Shown here piece after piece: positions 27,235-39,949 of a DNA stretch of 64,000 nucleotides; within the stretch, counting starts at the first letter, position 1; each line of letters opens with the position of its first letter. Origin of the DNA: Eledone cirrhosa (Eukaryota); contig OZ024741.1 in assembly GCA_964016885.1 (NCBI GenBank), positions 341,992,001 to 342,056,000 on the forward strand, read 5' to 3'. The notes beneath the pieces were generated by a model that was not told the DNA's origin, ran no database searches, and saw only the letters and a program-made list of their open reading frames with translations. The position numbers and the translations under genes are program-made.

Positions 27235-27930
27235 TGGTGATGATGGTGGTGGTGGATGGTGTCAGTGGTGATGGATGGTGTCAGTGATGGTGATGGTGGT
27301 GGTGATGGTTGTGGATGGTGTCAGTGATGGTGGTGGTGGTGGTAGTGGTGGTTGGTGTCAGTGATGGTGGTGGTGGTGGATGTTGTCAGTCATGGTGATG
27401 GTGGTGGATGTTGTCAGTGATGGTGGTGGTGGTAGTGCTGGAGGTGGTGGATGGTGTCAGTGATGGTGATGGTGGTGGATGGTGACTGATGGCGGCGATG
27501 GTGGTGGTGGTGGATGATGCCAGTGATGGTGGCGGTGGTAGTAGTGGTGGTGGTGAAGGTGGTGGATGGTGTCAGTGATGGTGGTGATGGCGGTGGTGGT
27601 GGATAGTGACTGATGGTGGCGATGGTGGTGGTGGTGGATGATGCCAGTGATGGTGGCAGTGGTAGTAGTGGTGGTGGTGAAGGTGGTGGATGGTGTCAGT
27701 GATGGTGGTGATGGCGGTGGTGGTGGATGGTGACTGATAGCGGCGATGGTGGTGGTGGTGGATGATGCCAGTGATGGTGGCAGTGGTAGTAGTGGTGGTG
27801 GTGAAGGTGGTGGATGGTGTCAGTGATGGTGGTGATGGCGGTGGTGGTGGATGGTGCCAGTGATGGTGGTGGAGGTGGTTGTGGTGGTGGTGAAGGTGGT
27901 GGATGGTGTTAGTATGGTGATGGTGGTGGC
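27235..27930. repeat. (GGT)-rich minisatellite with GGATGGTGTCAGTGATGGT units and a ~120-bp higher-order repeat
   Basis: Directly visible. Confidence 0.9.
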
Positions 27931-28146
27931 AGTTGTTGTTGCTGTCATTATTGTTGTTGCTGTTGTTGTTGCTGCTGCTGCTGCCGTTGTTGTTGTTCTT
28001 CATTTCACTGATGCTGCTGCTGCAGACAATGGTGCTGGTGCTGTTATTGTAGTCGCATATATATAAATACATACATACACACACATTCAACACAGACAAT
28101 GGTGTTGTTGCTGTTGTTGTTGTTGCTGTCGCTGTTGTTGTTGTTC

Positions 28147-28720
28147 TGAGGCCATAGTATCTAGAATAAAGACGGGTTGGAAGAAGTTTAGGGAGCTGCT
28201 TCCTCTGCTGACGAAGAAGGATTTCTCCCTGCGTACGAAAGGCTGGTTATATGATGCCTGTGTGAGGAGCGCAATGCTGCATGGTAGTGAGAAATAGGCA
28301 GCAACTGCAGAGGATATGCGATGGCTGGAGAGAAATGAGGCAAGCATGCTCCGTTGGATGTGCAGTGTCAATGTGCGTGAATGACCCAGCATGAATGTGT
28401 TGAGAGAGAAACTGTGTCTGAAAGGGATAGAATGTAGTGTACAGGAGAGGAGACTGAGGTGGTATGGACATGTGATGCACATGGAGGATGACCGATGGGT
28501 GAAGAAGTGCCAGGAAATGCCAGTTGAGAGAAGACGTGGTAGAGGTAGACCACAAAAAACATGGGCAGAGGTGGTGAGAACAGACCTCAGATCGCTGAAG
28601 CTCACGGTGGAGATGATGAAGGACCGTGACAAGTGGAGAGATGCTGTACTGAATAAGACCCGTCCCACCCTTGCAAGCAGGGAAGAGCAGACGTAAAATG
28701 ATGAAGATGATGATGATGAT
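28147..28720 (+). mobile_element. RTE-C LINE 3' end, decayed
   Basis: [16 protein letters not shown]...[13 protein letters not shown]...GRPQKTW...[13 protein letters not shown] with internal stops; (TGA)n tail. Confidence 0.92.
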
Positions 28721-28729
28721 ATATATATA

Positions 28730-29206
28730 TGATGGCTGCCCCCTCATTGTCGAGTATGGCCATCGTACGATATACCATTATTAATAATTATTAATTAATT
28801 CTATCGTGCAATGCCTGTGCATGAAGATATTTTTTAAAGTAAGGAAAGACTGGACTGAGCCAATCCCCGGTAACTACTGAGCCGCAGGTTTTATATCGGA
28901 GTTATCCCAGTTTCATGAGTTGCCTTCTCCTAGAAGAATGCCCTGACAAAGGCCAGGGGTCCTTCACTCCTAGTGGTTTAACCAAGTGGTACATGTCTAT
29001 ATTTACACAATTTCGGATGGCTGTTGACTCTTATGAGTTCTTCCGCCCTTTGTCAGGTTTTGTTTTCGTTCCTGCAGGGTATCCAAAATCACCCTCCTCA
29101 CCAAGTAAACTTTGTGGGGTTGCCGGTTTAGTCGCCGACAACCCAACCATGCGACAGGTTGTACTGTGTTACATGTTACCAGTAGCACTCAAGAGTGACC
29201 TGACAT
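28730..29206 (-). mobile_element. Bipartite non-autonomous RTE-B derivative (5' UTR fused to 3' tail)
   Basis: 28780-28982 aligns with 33240-33498 upstream of the RTE-B ORF; 28730-28770 matches the RTE-B tail at 29228-29268; no ORF. Confidence 0.75.
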
Positions 29207-29226
29207 AGATATACATACATATATAC

Positions 29227-29375
29227 ATGATGGCTGCCCCCTCGTTATCGAGTATGGCCATTGCACGAGAAAAAAAATATATATATATATCTATATATAT
29301 ATATATATATTAATAACAATAATAATAATAACAACAATAATAATAACGACAACAACAACAACAATAATAATATAC

Positions 29376-29408
<33 letters not shown>

Positions 29409-32400
29409 TAAACATATCTATACACACACACGATAGCAATTAACAGCGCTGCGATCGAATGTGGCTTTTTAGCCCAGCCAACGATCTAAAATGTTTTTCA
29501 TAGAGTCGGCAACCAAAACATTCACTGGGAATAGCCGGCTGTGGTTGGAGTTCATGTACTATTGCATGTCGTTTGAGCCCTCCTGCTGATTTACATTCTC
29601 TACCACATGCTTGGCAAGCATGATGAGTAGCATCTCCAACAGCAGCCTGGTAGTCAACCACTGGTCTTACTTTATGACTGCGAAGATGACTTTCGAGTCC
29701 AGCTTTGCTTAGGCAGAGTCTCGCACAGATGCTGCATGTCAGTACCATAGGAGGACCCTCGCCGTCTGGAAGTGCAACAGCAATGCCCTTCCTCACATCC
29801 CGCTTTACTTTCTCGTATGCGATTCGAGATGCCTCAAAGGCAACTTTTCCCTCATATACAGTCTTTCTCCATTTATTACGATCAGCAGCAATATTTTCCC
29901 CTGTATCAGCAGAGATATTAGCGCATTTCAAAGAGGCTTTCAAGGAATCCTTATACCTCTTTTTTGGTTTATGTGGCGGTCGTTTTCCTTTAACTAACTC
30001 TCCATAAAAGAGTTGTTTTGGTATTCTAGAATCCTTCATCCTGGCAAGGTGACCACTCCAACGGAGTCATTGCTTAAGCACAAGAGCTTCTATACTGTCA
30101 CACATAGAGCTTTCCAAAATCTCGACATCACTGATGTGGTCCCTCCAGTGAATGCCATAGATCCGTCTGAGACACATCTGATGGAAACGCTCCAATTGCT
30201 TAAGGTGGTGTCGATATGTGACCCAGGTCTCGCAGGCATAAAGAAGAGAAGAGAGCACACATGCCTTGTACACCTTTACCTTTGTCTTCTTGCATATGTC
30301 TCGCGACCCCAGAGTCACCTTTCTAACTTTCCAAAAGCATCACTTGCTTTCCTAATCCTAAGTGAGATTTCATTATCAAGGTTGCTGTATCGATTGACAG
30401 TGCTTCCCAGGTAGACAAACTGATCAACCACTCCAAGTCGTTTACCATACACATAGATATTTGGTTCACTGTCCTGCTTACCAAGGGCAGGTTGGTACAT
30501 GACGACTTGAGACTGACAGTCAATCCTAGGGCAGTGCAAGCGTCAGAAAATGCATTAAAAATGTGCTGCATATCACTCTGTGTGCGCTACAAGATCGCAA
30601 TCATCTGCATACAAGAGGTCTCTTATGATTGATGTAAATACTTTTGTCTTTGCAGCAAAGAGCCTGATGTTAAATATGCTGTCTGAGGTTTGATATCGGA
30701 TGTAAACACCATGCTCGCAATTCCTGAATACAATACAGAAAACTATTGCAAAGTATATGGCAAACAGGGTCGATGCTGGAATATCCCCGTTTCACTCCAG
30801 TTTTTACTGAGATAGGCTCCGACATGTTACCTCCAACATTAACCCAAGCTTTCATGTCGTCATGGAAAGACCTAACTAAAGCAAGGAACTTATCAGGGCA
30901 ACCAAGTTTCTGGAGAACCTTCCATAATGCATTTCTATTACCAGTGTCGAAAGCTTTTGTCAGATCAACAAAAACCTGATACAGATCCAAGCCTTGTTCC
31001 ATGCACTTCTCCTGGAGCTGTCTAGCTGAGGAGATCATATCAGTAGTGCCGCATCCAGCACGAAAACCAGATTGACTTTCAGGAAGAACACAATCTGCAA
31101 TGTGTGTCAGCAGACGGTCCAGAAGCACCCTACATAAAACTTTCCCTACGACAGAAAGCAATGATATACCTCTGTAGTTCCCACAATTATTCCTGTTACC
31201 CTTTTCCTTGTACAAGACCACCATTACTGCATCTCTCCAGTCCTCAGGTATGGATTCATTAGCCCATATCCTGCCAAACAAAGAGTGAAGATGTTGCAGG
31301 AGTCTCTCACCACCATATTGTCGGAGCTCAGCATGTATGCCATCCATACCTGGAGACCTTCCACTGTTCAGCTTCAAGATAGCCACTGCAATCTCCACAA
31401 GCGTCGGAGGTTCTGCGAGAGCTACTTTCACAGGACTTTCTGGAATGAGATTGAGGAAATCTTCATTGACGACAGACGGCTGATTCAAAAGATCATCAAA
31501 GTGCTCTCGCCACCTTCGTAGAATTCCTTGTGAGTCACGAAGAAGTTCTTTGCCATCCTTGCTGCGAAGCGGTGTCACCAGAGAAGAAGACGGTCCATAA
31601 ACCTCACACAAGAGACTGTACAACAGCTTTGTGTTATTGGAATCTGATGCAGTTTGTATCTCATCAGCCTTCTCACTCCACCACTGATCCTTCATCTTAG
31701 AAAGCCTCCACCTAACACGTGATTTCACATCCTTGAGTTCCTTATGCAACATATTCTTCTCCTGTGGTTTTGCCGCAAGTAGCGTGACAGAGCACGCCTC
31801 TTATCAGACAACAAGTCTTCTATATGTACATCATTCTCATTAAACCAGTCCTGATGTTTTCTCTGCACCAATCCCAGAACACGCCTGCCTACATCATAAA
31901 CCGACTTTTTAATGGTCGGCCAATCCTCACCAAGATCTGCAACCTGCATCTCTTCTTGCAATGTCCTCTTCACATTTTTATCCTTAAGACGAGCAGCATT
32001 CAATCTTCTGGGCAGGGCAACACCAGGAGCCCGGATTTTACGTTTAGTGATTAGTTTCACTTTTGCGCGTACCAGGCGGTGGTCCGTCCAGCACTTAGCT
32101 CCACGAAGAGCACGAACACACTGCACATCCTGTCTGTCACGCATCCTGACTAGGACGTAGTCCAAAAGATGCCATTCCTTAGATGCAGGATGCATCCATG
32201 TGGTCTTGAATTTGTTCTTTTGTTGGAACATGGTGTTGGTAACACACAGATCCAGCTCCTCACACATCTGCAGCAGGAGCATACCATTGTTGTTACACTT
32301 TCCCACCCCATGCCTTCCGATTACATTCCATGTGTTAAAATCCCTACCCACTCTAGCATTAAAGTCACCAAGCACGATGACTTTGTCTGCCTGAGGGATA

Positions 32401-33500
32401 TTTCTTAAAACACCTTTCAAGGCATGGTAAAAGGACACTTTTTCTTCATCGACAGAATTCATAGTTGGAGCATACACACTCACAGGGTCGCATATCTTCC
32501 TTTGTCCAGCGGAATTCTCATGGACATAAGATGCTCACTAATCCCTGCTGGGAATTCTTCTAATTTATTCACAAGAACAGTCTTAACAGCAAATGCGACC
32601 CCAGCCTCTCTTCTGGTTCCTTCATCTCTTCCTTTCCAGAAGAATGTATATTCTCCACAAAATTCTGTATGATGACCATCTCCAGCTAACCTCGTCTCAG
32701 ATAAAGCCACGATGTCAAGATCATAACGTCGAAACTCCTTTGCAACAAGAGCGGTCCTTCGTTCAGGATACTCCAAGGAATCCCTGTCAAGCAGCATCTG
32801 TACGTTCCAGCAGCCAAGACTAAATGCCTTGTTTGGCTCTATTACAATGGCACGATGACGAGCGGGCCCAGGCAGTGATAACCTGGGCCCCCTGCCCTTA
32901 TTGCCAATTATCTTTTTTGTTCCAGAACCTTTATTGCCAATTATTTCTTTTATATTGTTTTGGAACATCATTGAATTGGGGGGAAAAAAAAAAAAAAGTA
33001 ATAATAATAGTAACAATAATAATAATAATAATAATAATATTGGTTAAAGAAAATTGGCCCCACCCCGCTTTTTGGAACACTTCAAAAGGCATGCTTGCTA
33101 GGAACAGCAAGAACCCTCCGATACGTCCTGAATATCTGAGGCTGCAGGTAGTGGCTTGATATTCATTTCAACAAACCTTCCAGTTAACTAACCTCAATGA
33201 CTGAGACTCAAAGAATAATAATAATAATAATAATACACTATTAATAATTATTAATTAATGCAATCGTGCAATGCCTGTGCGTGACGAATATTTTTAAAGT
33301 GAGGAAAGACTGTGCACTGAGCCAATCCCATTCTCTGAGCGACAGTAGCTATAACCCGAAAAGAAGAAAAGATCAACATCATCGGTAACTACTGAGCCGC
33401 AGGTTTTATGTCGGAGTTAACCCAGTTTCCTGAGATGCCTTCTCCTAGAAGAATGCCCTGACAAGGGCTAGGGGTTCTTCACTCTTAGTGTTTTAACTGC
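29227..33500 (-). pseudogene. RTE-B (BovB-like) LINE, near full length, multiply frameshifted, with C-terminal C2H2-type fingers
   Basis: Collinear ORF pieces: LGCWNVQML, ALSETRL, SVYAPT, LGDFNARVG, WTDHRL, NYRGISLL, FVDLTKAFD, LYADD at ~30600, FVYLGS, RIPKQLFYGEL, zinc fingers; tail GGCCATACTCGATAACGAGGGGGCAGCCATCAT. Confidence 0.93.
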
Positions 33501-33819
33501 GCGATCGGGCATCCAGCCCGATTATTTCTATGTCCCCGTGCATAAAAAAAAAAAACTCACTTATTGACACTTATACGTATAACATACACACACGCGCGCA
33601 CACACACACATACATACGCGCACACACACCAACACTCATACATACAAACACACACACGCTACTCACTTACACACACACACATATATATATATATATATTA
33701 CCGTCATTACTGATACAAGATTACAAGATTATGTCAACTGTTGACTTTCAAGAGTTTGTATAGTTGCAGCCATTCGTGTTACAGTTCAGTATTATTATTA
33801 TAATAGGGGGGGGGGGGGG

Positions 33820-34170
33820 AATTGGCAGTACCGGTAGAGGGTCAGACGCCATGCTTTCTAGCATAGTTATGTCCCTTTATGATCTGAGTTCAAATCCCGC
33901 CGAGGTTAACTTTGCCATTCATCCTTACGGGGTCGATAAAATAAAGTACCAGTAATGCACTGGTTAATTGCTGGCCTTGTGCCAAAAAGTAGAAACAATT
34001 ATTATAATTGCTTTACAGCATAGAGCTATGGCTCTCCACACTCTGAGCTCAAATCCCGCCGAGGTCAACCTTGCCTTTCATCCCCACGGAGTCAACAAAA
34101 GAGAGTACCAGTAATGCGCTGGAACATCGCTGGCTCCGTGCCAAAAGCAGAAAAACTATTATTATTAAAG
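33820..34170 (+). mobile_element. Two tandem family M SINEs
   Basis: Match to 9852-10040. Confidence 0.85.
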
Positions 34171-34343
34171 TTGTTGTTTTCTTAAGGCCCGGTCGCTGGT
34201 GGTGGTGGATGGTGGTGGCACATGCATACATATATACATACATATATACATATAAATATATATATACATATATATATACGTACATATATATACACATATA
34301 TATACATACATATACACACATATATATACACACATATATATGC

Positions 34344-34374
<31 letters not shown>

Positions 34375-34439
34375 CTCATATATATATACACATATATATA
34401 TATATACACACATATATATATATACACATATATATATGC

Positions 34440-34488
<49 letters not shown>

Positions 34489-34507
34489 CACACACAATTA
34501 TATATAC

Positions 34508-34938
34508 TCAAGAGCGCCTTTTTTTAAGTAAAAAGAAATTCAAACACTCATATATGAAAAAACAACATCTGAGCCCCCCCCCCCCCTGTTTGAAGAACTA
34601 GGTAACGCGAACTGGCACGAAATTTATTATAATTATTGACCAACCAATCAAATTACTTCTCAAAAAACCTGGCGTTTCAAGCCACTTTTTCCATATAAAA
34701 CAAGTAACATTCAAAGACCAACCAGATGTGAGAAAAACCACAGACCCTCCATCTCAACTCTACTTTTGAAAAGCAGAAGAACTGCGAAACCGGTAAAGGA
34801 ACCAAATAAATATATATATTTTTTAAAAAATAAGACTCCAGTTGCATTTTCGATTTCATCTTTTTTTCTTTATACTTTCACTCGTGTAGGACACCTCGGT
34901 TATTTTTCATTTTGTAAAAAAAACTTCACTTTCTAATA
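34508..34938 (+). mobile_element. Penelope-like 3' end with degenerate minimal hammerhead
   Basis: [11 protein letters not shown]-like ORF end, then CTT-TTGAAAA-GCAG(AAGAA)CTGC-GAAACCGGTA-AAG at 34763-34798, then AATAAA. Confidence 0.6.
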
Positions 34939-34943
34939 CATAT

Positions 34944-36597
34944 ATCATCGTCATCATCATCATCATCGTTTAACGTCCATCTTCCACACTTGCATGGGTT
35001 TGGACGGGAGTTTTCCCACTTGAGGCAAGATTGGTTGTCCTACTCGTATAGGACTGTCTGGCGGGTTTTCTACGGTTGGATGACCTTCCTAACACCAACC
35101 ATGTTTACAGTGTGGACTGGGAGGTTTTTACCCTGTTACCTACACGGCCACATTACAGCGTGAACTGTGTGTTTTTTTGTTGTGACACCTACACGACCTC
35201 ATTTGTTTCGGACTGGATGTTGTGGTACCAACATAACTTCACATTTAAGGGGGTGGTGTGGATGGGGTGGGGGTAGTGGGACAGGGTGTATTTTTGTTAG
35301 CGGTGCCTACTGACTGTAGGTTTTGCTTTGTACTTAGGCAAGGTGGGTCTTCTGTATTACTGTGTAGCGCCAAAGATCTCGGTCCAGTGACATTGTCTTG
35401 GAGAGGTGTAAGTGTGTGAGGTCGGAATTTATCAAGTCGTCCCAGGTTTTTCTGGGTCTGCCTACTCCGTGGCTACCGTCTATTTTTATCGCCCTGCACT
35501 TTTTTATACAGCTGTCGTCTTTCATGCGCATCACGTAACCATACCAATGTAGTCTTCTCTCGAGTAAACAACATCTGATCCCTCTTATTCCTAATTTCTC
35601 CCTTAGTTCGTTTATGCTTTGCCGTTCATGTATATTACTATTACACATCCAGCGGAGCATGCAAGCTTCGTTCCTCCCTAGTCTGCGTATATCCTCTGCA
35701 CACAATGCCCAGGTCTCACTGCCATGTAACATTGCTGTTCGTATGCAGGAATCATACAGCCTGCCTTTCATTTATAGAGAGAACCCTTTAGCAGCCAATA
35801 GTGGTATAAGCTCTCTGAACTTTTTCCATCCAGAGCACCCTCCCCACTGCTGATTTTGTCACCCAGGTAACAGAAGGTGTGCACTATTTCTATAGAACCA
35901 TCTGTGCAATGGAATGAGCTAGTATTCTGTGGGCACTTGCTGCTACTTATTGCACCGGCCACATATAAAATCTATATTCTTAGTTAGCTTACCTGTGATC
36001 CCACTACATCTTTTATGCACCCATAGTTTGCATTTGGGACATAAAATGGAATTTCTACCTTCTCCTTTCCTACACACTGAGCATAGCCATTTCCCAGAGG
36101 GCACCTCTGCCCTATTTTCCTTCCTACAAACTAGAACTTTAGTCTTAGACAAGTTAACTTTAAGGCCTTTTGATTCTAGGCCATGCTTCCATGTTTGGAA
36201 TTTCTTCTCTAGTTCAGCCATTGATTCAGCTATGAGCGTTAGATCATCTGCATATAGGAGTTCCCATGGGCAGCTGGTCTTGAACTCCTCTGTTATAGCT
36301 GAAGGGCAATAATAAATAGTAGGGGGCTAAGAACAGACCCCTCATGAACACCAACTTTTACGCTAAATTCTTCACTATATTCGTTGTTAATTCTAACCTT
36401 GCTGACTGTTTCTTTATACATGGCTTGTATAGCTCTCACAAGCCATTCATCAACACCTAGTTTTCTAAGAGCCCACGAGATAATGGAGCGGGGGACTCTG
36501 TCAAACGCTTTCTCCAAGTCAACAAAAGCTAAGTATAGGGGTTTACTTTTAGCTAGGTACTTCTCCTGTAGTTGTCGTACAATGAAAAGAGCATCTG
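34944..36597 (-). mobile_element. RTE-A LINE copy 5, 5'-truncated and frameshifted
   Basis: ORF pieces from [13 protein letters not shown] to QKTHLA; PHD finger present; same 3' UTR. Confidence 0.95.
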
Positions 36598-36739
36598 TAC
36601 ACATATATATATATACATATATATAACCCATGCTAGCATGGAAGATGGACGTTAAACGAGGATGATGATGTTGATACACATATATATACACATATATATA
36701 TATATATACACATATATACATATATATATATATATACAC

Positions 36740-36782
<43 letters not shown>

Positions 36783-37098
36783 TATATATACACATATATA
36801 TATATACAGATATATATATACACATATATATATACACATATATATATATATACATATATATGTAAGTACACACACAAAATATATATATATACATATATAT
36901 ATATGCATATATACACACACATATATATACACACATATATATATATACACGCATACATATATATACACGCATACATATATTATACACATATATATACACG
37001 CATATATATATATATATATACACGCATATATAGATACACATATATATACACTCATATATATATACACATATATACACGTATATATATATATACACATA

Positions 37099-37137
<39 letters not shown>

Positions 37138-37267
37138 GTATATATATATATACACATATACACGTATATATATACACATATACATACGTATATATATACA
37201 CATATATACATGTATATATATATATACACACATATATACACGTATATATATACACATATATATATAC

Positions 37268-37690
37268 ACATATACACGTATATAAATATACACATATACA
37301 CGTATATAAATATACACATATACACGTATATAAATATACACATATACACGTATATAAATATACACATATACACGTATATAAATATACACATATACACGTA
37401 TTTAAATATACACATATACACGTATTAAATATACACATATACACGTATATAAATATACACATATACACGTATATAAATATACACATATACACGTATATAA
37501 ATATACACATATACACGTATATAAATATACACATATACACGTATATAAATATACACATATACACGTATATAAATATACACATATACACGTATATAAATAT
37601 ACACATATACACGTATATAAATATACACATATACACGTATATAAATATACACATATACACGTATATAAATATACACATATACACGTATAT
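37268..37690. repeat. 24-bp minisatellite (ACACATATACACGTATATAAATAT)n within TA/CA microsatellite
   Basis: About 17 near-perfect copies. Confidence 0.92.
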
Positions 37691-37695
37691 ACACG

Positions 37696-37729
<34 letters not shown>

Positions 37730-37764
37730 TATATATACAAACATATATACACACGCATATATAT

Positions 37765-38178
37765 ACTAACCATCTGCCAACAACAACCCTGAGTACCTTT
37801 TTGATTTCCATGTATCTAACACGTGGACATGCCTACAAAGTCAGAAAACAGCACAGCTCCCATGACTTTCGGAAACATTTTTTCACACTCAGAGTTGCTG
37901 AAGCATGGAACAAACTACCTGCATCAGTTGTTAGCTGTCAAGACATGGCATCCTTTAAAACCTACATGTTTCCTGAGATTCGCCAACACTATACTTGATG
38001 TGTGTGTGTGTGTGTGTGTGTCCCCTCCATACACACACACATGTATTTTGTGGCTCATACACTGTTCATTTTCCTGACATTTGTACATTATTCTATGTAC
38101 CATACATGCACCTTTGATGAGTTGTAGTGCACCTGAGCACTGTATACAATAATTTCATTACTATTATTATTATTACTA
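37765..38178 (+). mobile_element. CR1-clade LINE 3' end
   Basis: [11 protein letters not shown]...RKHFFTLRVAEAWNKLPASVV...FK; 3' UTR recurs at ~43490-43610, 46010-46195 and, reversed, ~63805-63840. Confidence 0.88.
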
Positions 38179-38613
38179 TATATACATATAGATATATATA
38201 CATATATATATATACATATATATAAAATAAAGTTAAATAAAAAGTCAAATGTTTAAACTTTAGCTTCGTTTATTGCTGCTATATATATTTCAGTGACAGC
38301 CATCTTTGGCTGAGACCTCCTCAGCCAGTCCGAATTAGTGTGGTATAGACAAGTACATATGTTGTTGAGGTGTATAATATTGTCAATACTCTGATATGCC
38401 TAGTTCCTGGTTGGGTTGTTATTTCACTGAGGAACTGGATGCATATGCATACATTTCTATGTAAGAGTATATAAATATAAACACGCAAACACACACTTAC
38501 AAAAATACACACTCACAGACATACATTCGCACAGGCAGCAGACATAAATAGAGAGGAGTAGTATGAGGCTATCAAACTACTCTCTCTTTAGATGTTGTGA
38601 CAGAATCGCAGAA

Positions 38614-38649
<36 letters not shown>

Positions 38650-38842
38650 GACAAAGAGAGAGAGATTGTTTCTGAGAACAAACAACATAATAGATGTATT
38701 GTAATGGAGTTACATAACTGTTATTGATTAGTCAATATATTGATAATATCTTACCTTATTTTACCCTTTCAAACAACTGTAAAACAATGGATTAGTTAAG
38801 TACTAAACCTTGTCTTGTTTGTTTTCATTGTTTAACCTCATA

Positions 38843-39153
38843 TCTATATACTACTAAAACTCTGTGATTGTCTCTTGTCTGTAATTTAGATCAGCCAAAA
38901 TGGCGCATAATTGAAAAATACTTTGAAAGGGATTTGACCCTGAAATGGGAATACAAATGGAATAAAACAAGTTTCGCTTTCCCAAGATACGGGGTTTTTC
39001 CAGGTATCTTCATAAATAGAAAGAGAGAAAGATAGAAAGAAAGAGATGGTGGTTGTGAGAGAGTAGATTGAAAGAGAAACATGTCTGTGTATATTTTAAT
39101 CATTTAAAAATTATTTTTAAGTGAACGTGACCCAACAGGTCATGGATCGTCTA

Positions 39154-39154
<1 letters not shown>
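38843..39154 (+). mobile_element. Non-autonomous Helitron, second family
   Basis: A|TCTATATACTACTAAAAC start; hairpin GTGACCCAACAGGTCAT then CTAG|T end. Confidence 0.7.
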
Positions 39155-39193
<39 letters not shown>

Positions 39194-39268
39194 CAAAGGA
39201 AATGTGGTAAGGAAGCAGATGGACCATAACGCACCAAAGTACTCAATACTTAGGGTAGTAGAGTGGGT

Positions 39269-39373
39269 AATAGGAACAAGTATGCCCCCCCCCCCCCCGA
39301 CGGCAGAGCTCAAGCCGTTTCGACGGCTATTTCAAAACAGCTTCAGCTCTGCCGTTGGGGTCATACTTGTTCC

Positions 39374-39410
<37 letters not shown>

Positions 39411-39759
39411 ATCAGAGCTTTCCGGATGATTTCCTTCAAATGAAACAGTTCTAGTCCTGTAGAAGTCATTTCTATATTAAATTTGTTGTATACACTCTAC
39501 TAGTGTATTGAGTACGTTACTTACTGTGGTTACCCCTAATTGAGTCCGGGACTCACATATATTTATTTATATATATATATATATATATAGTAAGTTATTC
39601 CGGGTTGAAGCGGAGGTAACGACAGTAAGTAAGGTACTCAATACATAGAGTATAAAAGTTTTAATATAGAAGAGATTCTACAGGATTAGAACTGTTTCAT
39701 TTGTGAGATGATCTCAGGAATGAAACAGTTCTAGTCCTGTAGAATCTCTTCTATATTAA

Positions 39760-39763
<4 letters not shown>
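39269..39763. mobile_element. Cluster of PLE-like terminal remnants: palindromes 39269-39375 and 39657-39763, linear piece 39411-39540
   Basis: Inverted arms directly visible; GAAACAGTTCTAGTCCTGTAGA shared with 5743-5860. Confidence 0.55.
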
Positions 39764-39796
<33 letters not shown>

Positions 39797-39949
39797 TGAA
39801 CACACACACATACGGGTGCACACATCATCAATATACATACACGGATGTATACACATATATACATATGTATGCAACAGGCGTGCACTTACATGTACAAAGC
39901 ACACATCAATACCAATACATGTACATATCCACCACACACTTTGCACAAA

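Noticed and set aside
27572-28099. His/Pro/Thr-rich ORFs, also 39796-40936 and the Ala/Thr ORF at 14750-15176
   Set aside because: Trinucleotide-based repeats open in several frames; no supported splice or domain evidence.
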